A stretch of 64,000 bases of DNA from Botryllus schlosseri (taxonomy: Eukaryota): assembly GCA_051294905.1 (NCBI GenBank), contig CM119378.1, positions 12,276,001 to 12,340,000 on the forward strand, given 5' to 3'. Below the pieces are notes generated by a model. It saw nothing but the letters and a program-made list of their open reading frames with translations. It searched no databases and was not told where the DNA came from. The translations under genes and the position numbers were made by a program. Below, piece by piece: positions 1 to 12,500 of this stretch. Every line of letters begins with the position of its first letter. Position 1 is the first letter of the stretch.

Positions 1-2893
1 AAAGAGCGATGATGTCTTGACAAGTGTTAGCAAGATAGATTACCAAATATTTCGATAAAATCTGCAGCATATTACGGGAACTTTTCCATATGGATTACAG
101 ATTGCATTTGTTCTTATTTGGGGTGTCATTGCTTCCATTGCATATGCAATTAGGTTTAAGAGGGGATCTAACATACTTATAGACTTGTGATTATGCAGGC
201 CTATATGATTGAAATGATTAGGCTAAATTAGCCGAGACATAAATACCGCTTAAGTAGCACGGGTTAATCCTGTCTGATGAGAGATATATTGATCGAAACC
301 TAAAACAAACCCTTTAGAACCCTTATGAATTGGAATATCTATGATCATGGTTGACATCACTCTGGGACATCCCTGATTGGCTGTGGTTCGATTCCGATTT
401 GCATCAAAATTTACAGGACGAAACGACGACAAGAACATAGTTGTAATGAATTAAAACGCGTTAGATTAAATAATAGTAATCTGAATATGCTCCGTCTTTC
501 TGTTTTGAAGTTCGAGATTGAATAATGATAAAGTCACAGGAGTCGCGTTGAGATTTGCATGATAAAATCAAATACATTGTGCGATCGTCATAGTTGAGAT
601 GCTTCTCCTCGATTTCGGACTTTGACTGGTAGTATATATTACTAGTTCCAGTTAATATAGTTCCAGGTAAAGTTGAAGTTAATAGGTTAAAATCTACACA
701 TCATTGAGCTTATCAATATTCGAAGTTGGGAGTGTACTCAATAGGTTACTTCTTAATCTCAGCGAGTGACTATGACATTACCGCAACCATACCGTGCGCT
801 ATGCACTATGCACTGTATGCAGACGCGAGTACAGGCCTACAATTACAAGATAATCGGTTGTTGATACATATGCGCAACACTTTCCAAGCGAGTAACTCAA
901 TACTTCCTCGAAGCAGATAAACGAAATACAAACATGGATAGAAGGGATCAATTTCCGCGTAAAGAATGTTGGAAAAGTTGCTTAGGATTATCGCTGTGTA
1001 AAGGTGATAAGATTTTAAAGTTTGCAATACCGATACACGCCGTGAGAAAGCTCGTACCAATGAACGCTTCAATGGAATTGGAAGTTTTCACTTTTCCCGA
1101 CAGTTGAGAAAAGGGGAGGGAGGACGTCGCATAGGAATACCGATCACAATGTCCATTGTCCATATGTCATCAAGAATGAGTATCTACCGGTAGCGTCACA
1201 GATGAACAGACCGAACACTAAGCAGATGGATTTGAATATATCTGCCAGAGAACTATTCCTTATGCATGCTCAAGCCTCAACCTGAACCTGGGACATATAA
1301 TAAGTTTCATCCCGATATTATTCCAGTAAACTTGCGTATTTCTCCATATATAGCTTAATGTCAAAACGCCGTAACCAATTAATTTGTAAACTTGTACATT
1401 CCAATTGAAATATGCCGATATCGTGTCTTATTGTAAGGATAATTTATTAGTTATATTTACGACCCTCTAAATGCAGTTCACACCTTCATTCCCATATCCT
1501 TCATGCTGGTACTGACAGCGTTATTTATCAAAACACGATGCAACCTTGTATTTGCATCAACCACACCGGGCCCCATTTGTGAATTGTGTAAGCAAATCGC
1601 CGTCGCCAGATCCCAACTGTTTGACCTGCGGTTTTACAAGAATGCGTAAGGCGTAGCAGAAAATCTTGTGTAAAATAGGTGTGGTAACATGTATATAGGG
1701 TAAATCCGGTAGCCGTATCTTACTTCGCTATTTTACCTGCTTTAAATATAATAAATGGTTGTGGCGATTGATGGCATAGTTTGTCCAGAGTTTTTGAAAT
1801 TCTTAAGTAATTGCCTTGTAGCTTGCATAGATTGCCTTAGAGGGACTCCATCTGAAAGCTCTTCTCGGCTAACCCTCTTACCAACTGCTGCAAAAATGAC
1901 ACATTAACGTCAGGAGAGAGGGCCCATTACATGATGGGGCAGTTGCAGATTGTTATCTAAAAGAAACAACTCTTCCTACAAAAAAGTCTGGGACCATTAC
2001 CCGACACCGGATCCCGTGACCTTACAAGCATGCGTTACTTGTTGTCAATCCTGAAACCCATATCGTGTTACCGCTAACAGAACTATCTCGGCATAGTGGC
2101 ACTAATGTACCTAAACCTTGTAGACTCTTCTCATTACGCCAGAGTATTACAGACTTATTATGCATGACTAATCAAGTATGCCCATTATTACAGAACATCA
2201 CGGTTTAATCATTGGGCGGTGTATGATTGGAGCATCGCCGCAGATGCTCTAAATTTAGCCGTTCCGTGAAATGATGTTATGATGATATTCGCGATAAACA
2301 TTAAGTGGAAATGTTGGAATTCGCGATACGTTCTGCACCGGATTTTTTCCGGAAAATGTCTTCCTAAGCGCAGTAGGTCATTTATTATAGTAGTTTTTGA
2401 CTGTACAGTGTACATGTTTACAGGCGCTAGAGTTCAAGCTTTCGACCAAACGATCACAGTAGAAGTATATATAATATATATATATTGATTCAAATATACT
2501 TTTTTCTCATTCGCGTATCTTCACGCTGGAGTAAAATAATAAATTACAGCTGTAAAATAAATGCCTGGAATTTCATGGATTTGCAAACGCAATGACGTCA
2601 CAATGTTGGTTCCTTCCTTGACAGTTTACAAATAATTTGCTAGCGTCCATTTCACTTCTACATTCGGAAGGTATATCATGTTGTATGCATAATAAAATTT
2701 CTAGCTAAAAGATAAGCATATTTGAGCAAGCGAAGAAATTCAGTACTGAAATTACGTCATTATTTATAGACATGTGTTAATAACTGCAGTCAAAATCAAA
2801 ATTGTCGAGGGTAAAGAAATGAATTGATTTCCACTGGCTATAAGCCATCGTCGACAGATTCCGGTTATCATGTTATAGAGTAGGCCTACATAG

Positions 2894-4110
2894 CAGGGGT
2901 GTCAAGCTCAGATTGCATCGCAGGCCGGATTCAAACCTTCAAATCGGTCGCGGGCCGGACCAGTCAACTGATTACAAACTATTTCCTCGTGCCCTTGCTT
3001 TTCCCTTGAATATTTTATTATCAAGCATATATAGATAATACGCGCGATCATATGGGTGTAATTCTAGCAAGTCACACCACCGTTTATTCGCGAATAATGT
3101 AATTGGCAAAAATACGATAATTTTCCGGTTGAATACAGTTAAGTACCGATGAAACAGTGACGCTAACGGCGATATAACTTTGCATATTTCTATGCTAAAG
3201 CTCACTTGCTTTAGTCGTAATCTGGCGTTATCCCTGTGGATGCGCATGCGTTGTGAGCAATCTAAGATATTTAACTGTGAACCCGGACGTTGGAATTTGG
3301 TTTATTAATATTAAAATACGAATCGGGTTTTTCAAGAATCCGGGGACCTGTTGACTCGGAAGAGACAAATCAATGCGGCCATACATCCTTAAAGTACTTA
3401 TTGATGTATCTAAAATATTTTCCATATAAACTGCATATAACGGTTATGAATTGACATTGATGCTCCTGCGAATAGCTACTTTTTGATCCATTTTACTATA
3501 AAAATCTGAACTCATTGTGCAATTTTTTCCTTGTCGAAATGGGGTGTCATGTCAATGTCACCAAATTCTTCCTAATGGTAACTAGAGTAAAACCAGGTAG
3601 TTATAATGTGGTCTATGAACAATCACTATCATTATTATTGCACATGGAATTACAGTGACGCTTATCGCCGTTTAGGCCTTGTGCGTCACCACACAGATAT
3701 TGTACAGTTCAGATGCATTGGCTTTGTACAGCTTAAGAATCGTCATCTTCATCTGCAGCTTGATCATGGGACGACTTTCAATCACTCTTTCATTCACTAT
3801 TCAGGCATATCCCCTTGCATTCGTCCGTCTTCGAGTCTCGGCTGCACATAGCAGATGGTCCCAAATGGGTGTCGAACCACCGCCATTAGTGTCGTGACGC
3901 TAGTGCTTAACCAACTGCGCCACTCGCTACCCTTCGTTGAACAGTTGAACATGTTCAGCATTTGCTGTCTCGGTGTAATATTTGATGGAAAGAGTTCCTG
4001 CAAAACATATCAACATTTGTTACTAATGTGCTGGATATTATAGGAATTTTTCACAATCTACTCAGAATTGCTTCGCGGTCCGGATAAAATCGTCTGGCGG
4101 GCCGGACGCG
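2894..4110 (+). mobile_element. Decayed hAT-type MITE with the right terminus lost
   Basis: Left end CAGGGGTGTCAAGCTCA with GCAGGCCGGAT and GCGGGCCGGAC subterminal motifs (2894-2965). A matching subterminal block CGCGGTCCGGATAAAATCGTCTGGCGGGCCGGA sits at about 4074-4106. No terminal TIR or TSD found on the right. Confidence 0.45.
3620..3932 (-). mobile_element. tRNA-derived SINE-like element (degenerate tRNA head, body, AAT-rich tail)
   Basis: A-box TGGCGCAGTTGG (3922-3911) and B-box GGTTCGACACCC (3878-3867) at tRNA spacing (~44 nt), with a GGGACCA end. The cloverleaf stems are mismatched, so this is not an intact tRNA. AATAATAATG tail near 3640-3630. Single copy in the window. Confidence 0.55.
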
Positions 4111-5438
4111 GATACATAAGAAACATACATAAGAAACACGATACATATCATCTGAGACGAGGTGATATAGATAAGAATTTTTTTTACATCTCATCTTCTG
4201 ACTCCACGTGAAGTGGTTTTGTCGTGCTTTGGTTGGCACCCCTTCATCCCTGTAATTTGTGAATTTACATTACGGACTCGACGCAGCCCTCAGAATGGAA
4301 ATGAGTTTTTTCAATCGCCGCGTGTGGAATTCTTTTACTTATCAAAAGCGTCAATCACGAATTCACAATATAGAAATATTCTTCCACGGATTTTTGTAAG
4401 TTACAATGAGTGAGAATTAACATGCATATGCCGTGTTGGGTGTTGCACAGCAGCAGGTTGACTTCTTGAAGTTTTCCCAGACGACTGAAGACAACAGCTG
4501 TATAATTGCAGCCGGCGATAGTAGCATTCCAGTGTACATCAAACCGCATAAATTTACTATCAAGAATGTGGGCATGGTGTTATAATATTTACACCGCAGC
4601 AGTAAAACTTTACGGAGTAGAAAGTTTGCTGACCTTATAGGTTCAGTTTGTGCTGACAGGGTAGAAAACTCGCCTGAGGATCGCAGATGCCGAATAACAA
4701 CGTTGTGCTCAACGCGGATTTACGACGCTGACATGCGTAGGTAAACGTGCTTTGACCACAGACGGAATATTCTAGTGGCGGAGGCCAGTTTTGCGCGATC
4801 ATTTTTATTGCCGTAGCTGCGTAAGATCTGGAATGCGGCCTGCATTTCGTACTTTGACCCATAAATCTAGTCGCAATTGTGTACGCTGTGTATACGTACT
4901 ACTTAGGCCTACACTTGCATTGTGGAAATCCTTGATCTGCATCTTATTACCCGTTTACCCCTCACTAGTATTAGCAATGATCAGTAATAATGTTAACATA
5001 ATGCTATATTTGCATTTTTTTCACGTAGTTGAATTCGAATCGATTAAAGTTTTACCCAGTGACTTTCAACTTATAGTTATAGTTGGAGAGTATAGTATTT
5101 GCAGGTAAATTTGCAACGTGTATACGAACGAAATCTAAATATCTCTATGTTGTGTGATAACGCGAGCGTCAACATTTCCCCTCGTATTGTACTGAGCTAC
5201 ATGTGTGACTCTGGATACGCATTTACTCATATTGTATAATGCCGTCGCTAAGGATCGGCAAAAAGTCTCGGCGCCATCGTCCAAAACTACTTTGTCAATC
5301 TCTCATGGCGGTGCACTTCACACCTTCCACCTCGTTACTCTGTTTGAAGTAAATTAAGTCTGCCTTCGAAAGCACTGCTGCCTGCACTTGAATCTCACTG
5401 CGCCACAAATTCACAAAAGTCGATTAATAGTTTTCCTG

Positions 5439-5494
5439 TTTATTTGCGGTAATCATTTTTTTGGAAAAGAGGTCAGAAAATAAATAATAAATAA
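5439..5494 (-). promoter_or_regulatory. Candidate ADAMTS 3'-UTR signals: two overlapping UUAUUUAUU AU-rich nonamers (5494-5479) and AATAAA (5444-5439)
   Basis: The minus strand reads TTATTTATTATTTATT, then AATAAA about 35 nt further on, roughly 750 nt after the stop codon. Motif match only. Confidence 0.35.
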
Positions 5495-6187
5495 CATTTA
5501 TGAAAAAAATGGTAATATTTATAAAAAGAGATGTTGCAAAATGCGATAGGATAAAGGCACGGTCGCGCAAATTAGCAGAGGAAATGTGGGACTCAATCAA
5601 CAGCCTCCGCGGCACTCGAGACCCGATCACAGTACAAGAATCAACGACTGGCAGCTTGCGAGCCGTCCCAAACAAGGACCGCTGGCAATTGACAAGCGTC
5701 ACTACCGAATTCCTTGTACACCCACAATATCACGATATAACAGACCCTGGCATTGGCGGATGCTAAAGAAATCTGCATGGCAAACCGCGACAGATGCATT
5801 CAGACACGCGAGAAGCATATGAAAATAGAACTACTGTTCGGAAACGCGGCCGTTCCGTAGTAATAGAGACGGCAAAACGATTTGATGCAAAATAATACGA
5901 AAAAAGGCTATCATAATATCACAGTGACTCAAAAAATCTGGCTGAATTTTCGGTAAATCAGAGTCTTGTGGCTGACGGGCGTTCGGGCCCGTTACGGAGT
6001 GATATCATCGGGAGCTTAGCGCCGATGTATACGCACAGTGTGCGGAGACACAGTCTCCCGCCCGGTCTCTCCGACTCAGACTGTGTCGTTCCCTAGCACA
6101 GCCATCGCGGCCGCGTATCTTTCCCACGCCTTGGGTCACGTTTCAGGTTGCATCACCAAGCATCACTGCCTCCAACAGTCTGATCCC

Positions 6188-6539
6188 TCACGGGCACGCT
6201 GCCCGCATGCAACCGTGCCTCGTGAAAGGCTTCACACCGGCGCACTGCGAGTCGGACAGCCTCTGTCCGGACTGCGTCTTGCAAGTCACGCTCCTGTACT
6301 TGATACCCCTGTCGCACGACCGTGAGCAGGGCCCCCATCGGCCTTCTACCCACATTGGTTTGCCGCCGAAACGAGATACCAAATGCGGCCCGCTAGGTTC
6401 GTGCCGTCTAGTGGAGATTCCGGTCACTGTCTTTTTGGGCTTGCTTCTCGTCGGTGGTCTAGTGGTAGCGGTGGTGGTGGTGGGCGCGCAGGATTTGATG
6501 CAAGGCAGTTGATGGTATGGTTTTACTCTCGACTCGCAT
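6188..6539 (-). CDS. ADAMTS1-like: ADAMTS exon 13: end of TSR2, Thr-rich linker, terminal TSR, stop
   Basis: Acceptor TTCATTGCAG|A, phase 2; [30 protein letters not shown]...[24 protein letters not shown]...CMRAACP, then TGA at 6190-6188. Confidence 0.92.
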
Positions 6540-9500
6540 CTGCAATGAAAACGACACGGTTTAAGATCGGATACTACGATAATATATGAAGCAGAAAACT
6601 GCGATGTAAATGCGTGGGTGAGAAATGTTTTCACGATAGTATAAGGTGGAAAATATACGATTTTCCTGCTGTATCGGATATGACGCCGTTATTAAACCAA
6701 TCACTCTGTTCCGATTGAGAGTAATATAAACGCGCAATGGTTTTAATTTTTAATCTTGACGAATCTCATCGCTCCTAATTGGTTTAGATTCGTGGGATAT
6801 CGACTTAAAACTGTAGCCGCGTTCCGCTTGTGATGACCGTGAAGTTAAAAATATCGCTACAAAAGCGCTATTGTGTTCCTTGATCCCGTACTTCGGGCGC
6901 CTGAGGTTCGGTAATAGGCTCAAATCGCTTTAAAGTATCATAAAAGCCTCAATAACCGCTTCGGCAAAGAGGATGCTGGCTGATTACGATTTGCTTTCTT
7001 AACTACCAATTTCCTCGGCGCATGCGCGACCGCAACCAGCAAATTTTCAGATCGCGTAAAAAGGGAAATTTGCCAAATACCTTCCGTTACGCTAAATCGG
7101 GCCGTATCATAACTTTATGCAAAAACAGATTATCTCGATTTATTGGACATGACTCATGCGTGTATAAAGAGATCGCAAAAAAGACATCGTCAATCTACGC
7201 ATATTTGCAAGTATCGCAAAGGTACTAATACTAATATCTGTTTAAAGGATCGCTGTGTGTATAGTTTACTGTGATACTACCGGTTTGAAACTGTGGCAGT
7301 AGGGCGTCGAAAAGTTCATATTCCCGTCGGCAGTAGTGTCACACCCATTGCCGGTATGCCTACATAACGCCGAAATTGAAAAGTCATCACAGGGATAAAC
7401 AGGGAGTATGTGCGCTTGCGATCATACTATATGATATTGTGTCGAGGGCGTGACGTTCATCCGATTAAGAAAACGATAACTTATCATACATAAATTTCAA
7501 TGACAAGATATACACGCGAAAAATTCGGGATTGGTGATTTTTCTTCATCCAATACTTCCGCCTTGTATCGAGTTTTGATAGCACGCCCGTATTGAACAAG
7601 CGCTGTATAATGTTCCGGATTTTTCGCTGAATGGTCAAGGATCAAAACTTGTATTGTTGTAACCTTTCCCGCCTCGTAACCTGCCCTCATTGTTACGTTT
7701 ACGCCATGAAAAGCTAATCGCCGATCGCATTTCGTGTCCAATACGCGATATGAATACATAATATTGTATATTTTTAGGAAAACAAATATTTTTCTGTTTA
7801 ATTGTACGACTTCATCGATGTTTGTTATGACATCAACTTCCGATGTCTGGCGTGGATCTGGTCTCGTACAGAGTACGATGTTTTGCGATCGTGATGCAGA
7901 GTATCGAAATACTAATTACATTTCTGGTCCGTCTTATGTTACGAATATGTTATCGATGCTTACCCAGCGACAACGTATCCCTTGCTGTCCTTACACACGA
8001 CGTTGCGCGTTTTGAAACCGGAACCGCAGCTTCCGGTCTTGGGAGCACACACGGACCAACGCCCGGTCACCCACGACAGCTTCCCGCTTGGGGTTCTCGG
8101 CGCTTTGGTGGGCTTGCGGTTCTGTTAAAAGGAGAACAAGTTGACTTAAACTCATCCGCACCAGAAGTCATAAAATGTCGGACTTACCTTCCTTACTTTC
8201 TTCTTGTAATAGATGTACTTGATTCTCGGCGGTAAAATTCTCGCTTTCGACCCGATGCCCAGTGACAAAACTTGGATTTGCAGGTCCCCGGACAACTTGC
8301 CCGATATCTGAATTAGTTCGACTGCCTCTCCGACGCCAGTGTACCGTATGACGGTGTCTGCGAATTTAAAAACACAGTTGAAAACACGCCGCACGTATAC
8401 GTATTGCTGCTAAGAATAATCGCTATGCTTCACATCGAAATCGATAAAAATGTTAATGCTACATTGTTGCTAAATCGCAAAATTGCGGCGCTAAGCCCCA
8501 AATCGCGTCGACGCCGTGCTCTTCGCGGGTATTAAAAGTTCAAGGCTACATAAGTCAAACGCGGAAATATCCGAGACTACACGATATTAAACCAAAATTG
8601 GCGGCGTACGCAAAGCCGGGTTGATAAGGCGATGAAACGTTCTCTCACCGTTCACCGTGATATCTTTGCGGTAAGTCGACAGCGTGTAGCCGCCGTTGAG
8701 AAGGTAGCTGCCGGTCCAGTCTTTAATAGCGAGGTAGTTACCGTCGGCCACCTTTTTTCTGTAGCCGTGCTGCATAATTTTAACGGAAGCGGCTCCAGCC
8801 GGTATCTTGACAACGTCGTTGTATCCGTATCGTCTTTTCTTGTAAACGCCTGAAATGCGAATAGAACATCGTAAGGTAAACCGTATGGGGTTGTTAAAGG
8901 TCGAGAAGGCGGAGCTAATTCCTTGCTGCTCGGACCAACTCGACACCGTCGCGTGGTGATCCGTAAATAATATAAACCGCGCGAAATTTCTCATTGGGCG
9001 ATCCTATGTCCAAAGGTGGTAACAGTACCAATGATGATAACTTTGACCACCTCTGCATATGCATTCAGGTACGTATGTTCCGACAACGCAAAGCCCTTTC
9101 GGTATGTCACGGTGTGATCTCGGGAGACGGGGCATTTTTAGCGGTTTAGCAACGCGTCACGTATCATATCGCTTCTGCGATGCAGGCAGCAAGCCACTTC
9201 AAAAGCGCGCCGCGCTTTGAACGGATTTTGTCAAAACATTTTGAAGAAAAATGCGAAACGAAAACAAGGCGCTGGCTAGTAAATCGCGCGTTTTCCGCCG
9301 ATTCCCAAACAGTAGCGCGATTGTTTTAACGGGATCGGATAATTGAGATGTCGGCGCGCTGGCAGGAATGAAATCCCAAGCTATATCCGCCGATAGAGAT
9401 CGATCGAAACTACGAAAATCTCGCGGTCAGCACGGTTGACATTGGCGGCGGCGGGCGTTGAACGATGGTCCCGCGCGTCGAACAGCAACTGCCCGCAATT

Positions 9501-12500
9501 TAAAGCGGCCGGCGGCGTATCACACGCAGTGGCGATACCGCGTTGTGTACTTAATGAATTAAGTTTTACGGTAGGCGGCCTGGAACGCAGCGCTGGTCCA
9601 ACCCGAACGCACAGCTCCGACAGCTCGCATCGTCACTTGATCGCAGTTTACAAAACAATGTACCCCGCTGAGTCAGAAGACTGCGATTATTGTGCGCGGA
9701 TCTGGAGCGTGCAAGATTTTTGATTTTCGGATAAATTTTCGCGAGCAACGTGCCAGAATTTTATACACGACAAAAACTCGAACAGAAACGCGAGACTCGG
9801 TAAATAGTACAGTCGCCCTCGTGATTCTAAATATAGATGTATCCCTCACCGAACCGTGATGATATTTGCTTAAAGTCGACGTGGTATTTTTAAAACTATA
9901 TTACACCGTTTTTGTTGCAGCCCCGTCGGCCAAGAGAATATCATTACTTATCTTGTCACTCAAGCCGGATTAAAGTTCTGCAACATCACTCAGTTGGATT
10001 ATTTACCAAGCGAATCGGGGTAAGGTTGCGTTTTGATGGAACGCTTTTCAAATGTAGCTGTATTCAATACTGCAATGTCCGAAATATGAACGGTAAACCC
10101 GGCAATGTAATGTTCACCTCGACGCATGTTTTGTAAGAAAACGCCAAGCTACTAGTGTAAGTACACTTTTCGGACATTACACGCCGGATCGCATGCCCGG
10201 GTTTTATTACAAGTCGTGTGCGATTCCATATAGATTGCAGCGATACACGGAATCCGAATAAAGTCCCGCGGAGGGCTGCAAGAAAGTTGGCGCCCGCTGG
10301 AAAACTACACTTGCGCGGTTGGCGAAAATCCGTGAACCTCGCGACATATCGATTGTGGTAATCCGGCTCTAACGAAAACAGAAACTCGAAGACGACCGTC
10401 GTGGGATTGATAACAGCCGGCAACGTGATATAAAAGATCGAGAGGGAAGGGTCGTAAGGTAAGAATACCGAGTATATAAAACATCTCGCGTTACGGTGTG
10501 TGTGAATCATTAAATTGCGCTGCAAATCCTGTTTGGGGTAAGCAGGGTTTTAGAGTGGTTTGAGTAAATCGAAAGATCCCGTGTCACTGCAACAGTGACT
10601 GTCTTTGTGGCGTTGCGTTGCGTGCCTGACGCAGATTACGGTGTCGCTAACAATCGGGATAACATGATCCGTGAATGGTTACCTTTGTATCTTTTGCAGT
10701 GGTGATTCTTCCCTCCGCAAACCCCGCATCTATCGGTTTTCGCTTTGGACCCGAGGATCCCGTCGCAGCCCGCTTTCATGCAAATGCCTTGCACGCACAC
10801 GTCGTTGGTAACGTGCGAGCACCTGTCGTGAAAGGCGAGATGTTGAGATGTCTCTGTCCTTCACTGTGCGGTGATATACCATCTTACCTGGTGCCGTCGA
10901 TGACCTTGCTGCCGAGTATAACGTAAACTCCCGTCTGCACTGACTGACATGTGAGTTTGCATCTGTCGTTACCGCTGATATCGGTGTACTTCGGCGTCCA
11001 CGTCGACGCGACATCGACTCCCAGATGCGGGAAGCTCTTTCCGTTGTAGACGGCGCACTGCTCGGCGCGGAAGTCGGAGAAGCGGCCGCTCTTCGGGCAC
11101 TTGTTGGTGTTGCAGCTGCTGAAGCGCAGGCGCGCCCCGACGCAGTATTTACCGCCGTTTTCCGGGGCCGGGTTGTTACATTCGCGGCTTGACATCTGCA
11201 CCCCACCGCCGCATGTTCTGAAGATGGATGGCGCGGTCAGTGGTGGTCAGTAACGAAGCGCTTCTACGTTTTCGAAATACTCAAATAGGTTTAGCCTACT
11301 TTAACTTGTACTTATGCAAAATTATTGACGTCGTTTTTACTTAGTACCAACGTTGACTACATTGACCCCCCTCTGGGTGTGGTATTTTCCGAATCAATCA
11401 TCACGATTTCGTTTCGTGCGTACCTTGAGCAGTCTCCGAACGGTCCCCAACTGCCCCATTGGCCGTCTTTAGGCAGTCTCGCTTCGGTCACAGGCACGCA
11501 TAGACCCTGCATGCAATTAAGCCCCGCTCCACAGCTGGTGCCGTCCGCTCTCGGGAAATGCCTGGTGTGACACTGATGCCTGAATGAATTTTGTCACCTG
11601 TTAGCAGATGAGACTATCGTCGATGCCAAACGGTGTACTCACGATCCGCCAGACTTGCGGCACCACAGTCTTTCGCATTCGCTCATGAAAGGACACTCGA
11701 CGGCTCCCTTGCCGAATGACATTTCGCACTGTGCGTTCACGTCGTACATTTCCCCGGGCAATTGCGTGGGATAAGCCTGAAATGATCGCAAACAATGGTA
11801 CCGTAAGTATAACAAAATCTCAACAGTCGAGGTAAGGGTCAAAGTGTCAACCGCCTATGTTTAACCTGGTATATACCTCAGTACCTTTATGCTTGTTTAC
11901 TTTAAGATGTTGAATAGAAAAGAATTGCGTCTTTAGTTTACAAATATGTCATCGTTTTACAGTTTGTGCGATAAACATTACGAAATACTTTCGCGAGCAA
12001 CCCTATATCAATTTGCTATATTAGGACGATTAGAGATATTTATATTATTAATGAGCAACATCGAGATAAGCGCACCTGGCTGCAAATCGATCACGTCATT
12101 AGGACGGCTTTAATGACATATTGTAACATGAGTTTCGGCGACTCTCGATTGCGAAAGGAAACACAGTAGCCGGGGATCGAAAAATCAAAATAAACAGCGC
12201 CTTTTACACCAACGCTGCAAGCTTCCGTTTAGCGGCGAACATGCGCTTTGTTCACGTGCGATACCTGTCGCTACAGCTGGGATTATGTTTATAGTTTTGA
12301 TGGCATTGGATTATGATTCAAGTCAGGCTGCGCCGCGATGGTGCCAATACTGCGAGAAAGTGATTTCGCAATATTTCGAAACGGTCTCTAATAAATATAG
12401 GCATGTGGTTTTTCATCATTTGATAACAGCGTCTATCCAATAAAGAATATTACACGAACAGCGTCCTCTAATCGGTACTGCGACCGCAAATCGGGAGGTC

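Noticed and set aside
274-300. CTGATGAG...CGAAA hammerhead-like core
   Set aside because: No compatible helix I or III or cleavage triplet could be built, and helix II is only 2 bp.
384-394. Perfect B-box GGTTCGATTCC
   Set aside because: No convincing A-box or cloverleaf upstream.
250-1163. Run of 60-90 codon open frames on the minus strand
   Set aside because: No recognisable motif or consistent splice signals; lengths are within the window's background.
7484-7759. Protein-looking ORF in ADAMTS intron 12 as an alternative exon
   Set aside because: No good acceptor in the required phase, and exons 12 and 13 already join into a complete TSR.
10730-11206. 158-aa ORF and other ORFs overlapping ADAMTS exons in alternative or antisense frames
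   Set aside because: These are shadows of GC-rich coding exons with no independent motifs.
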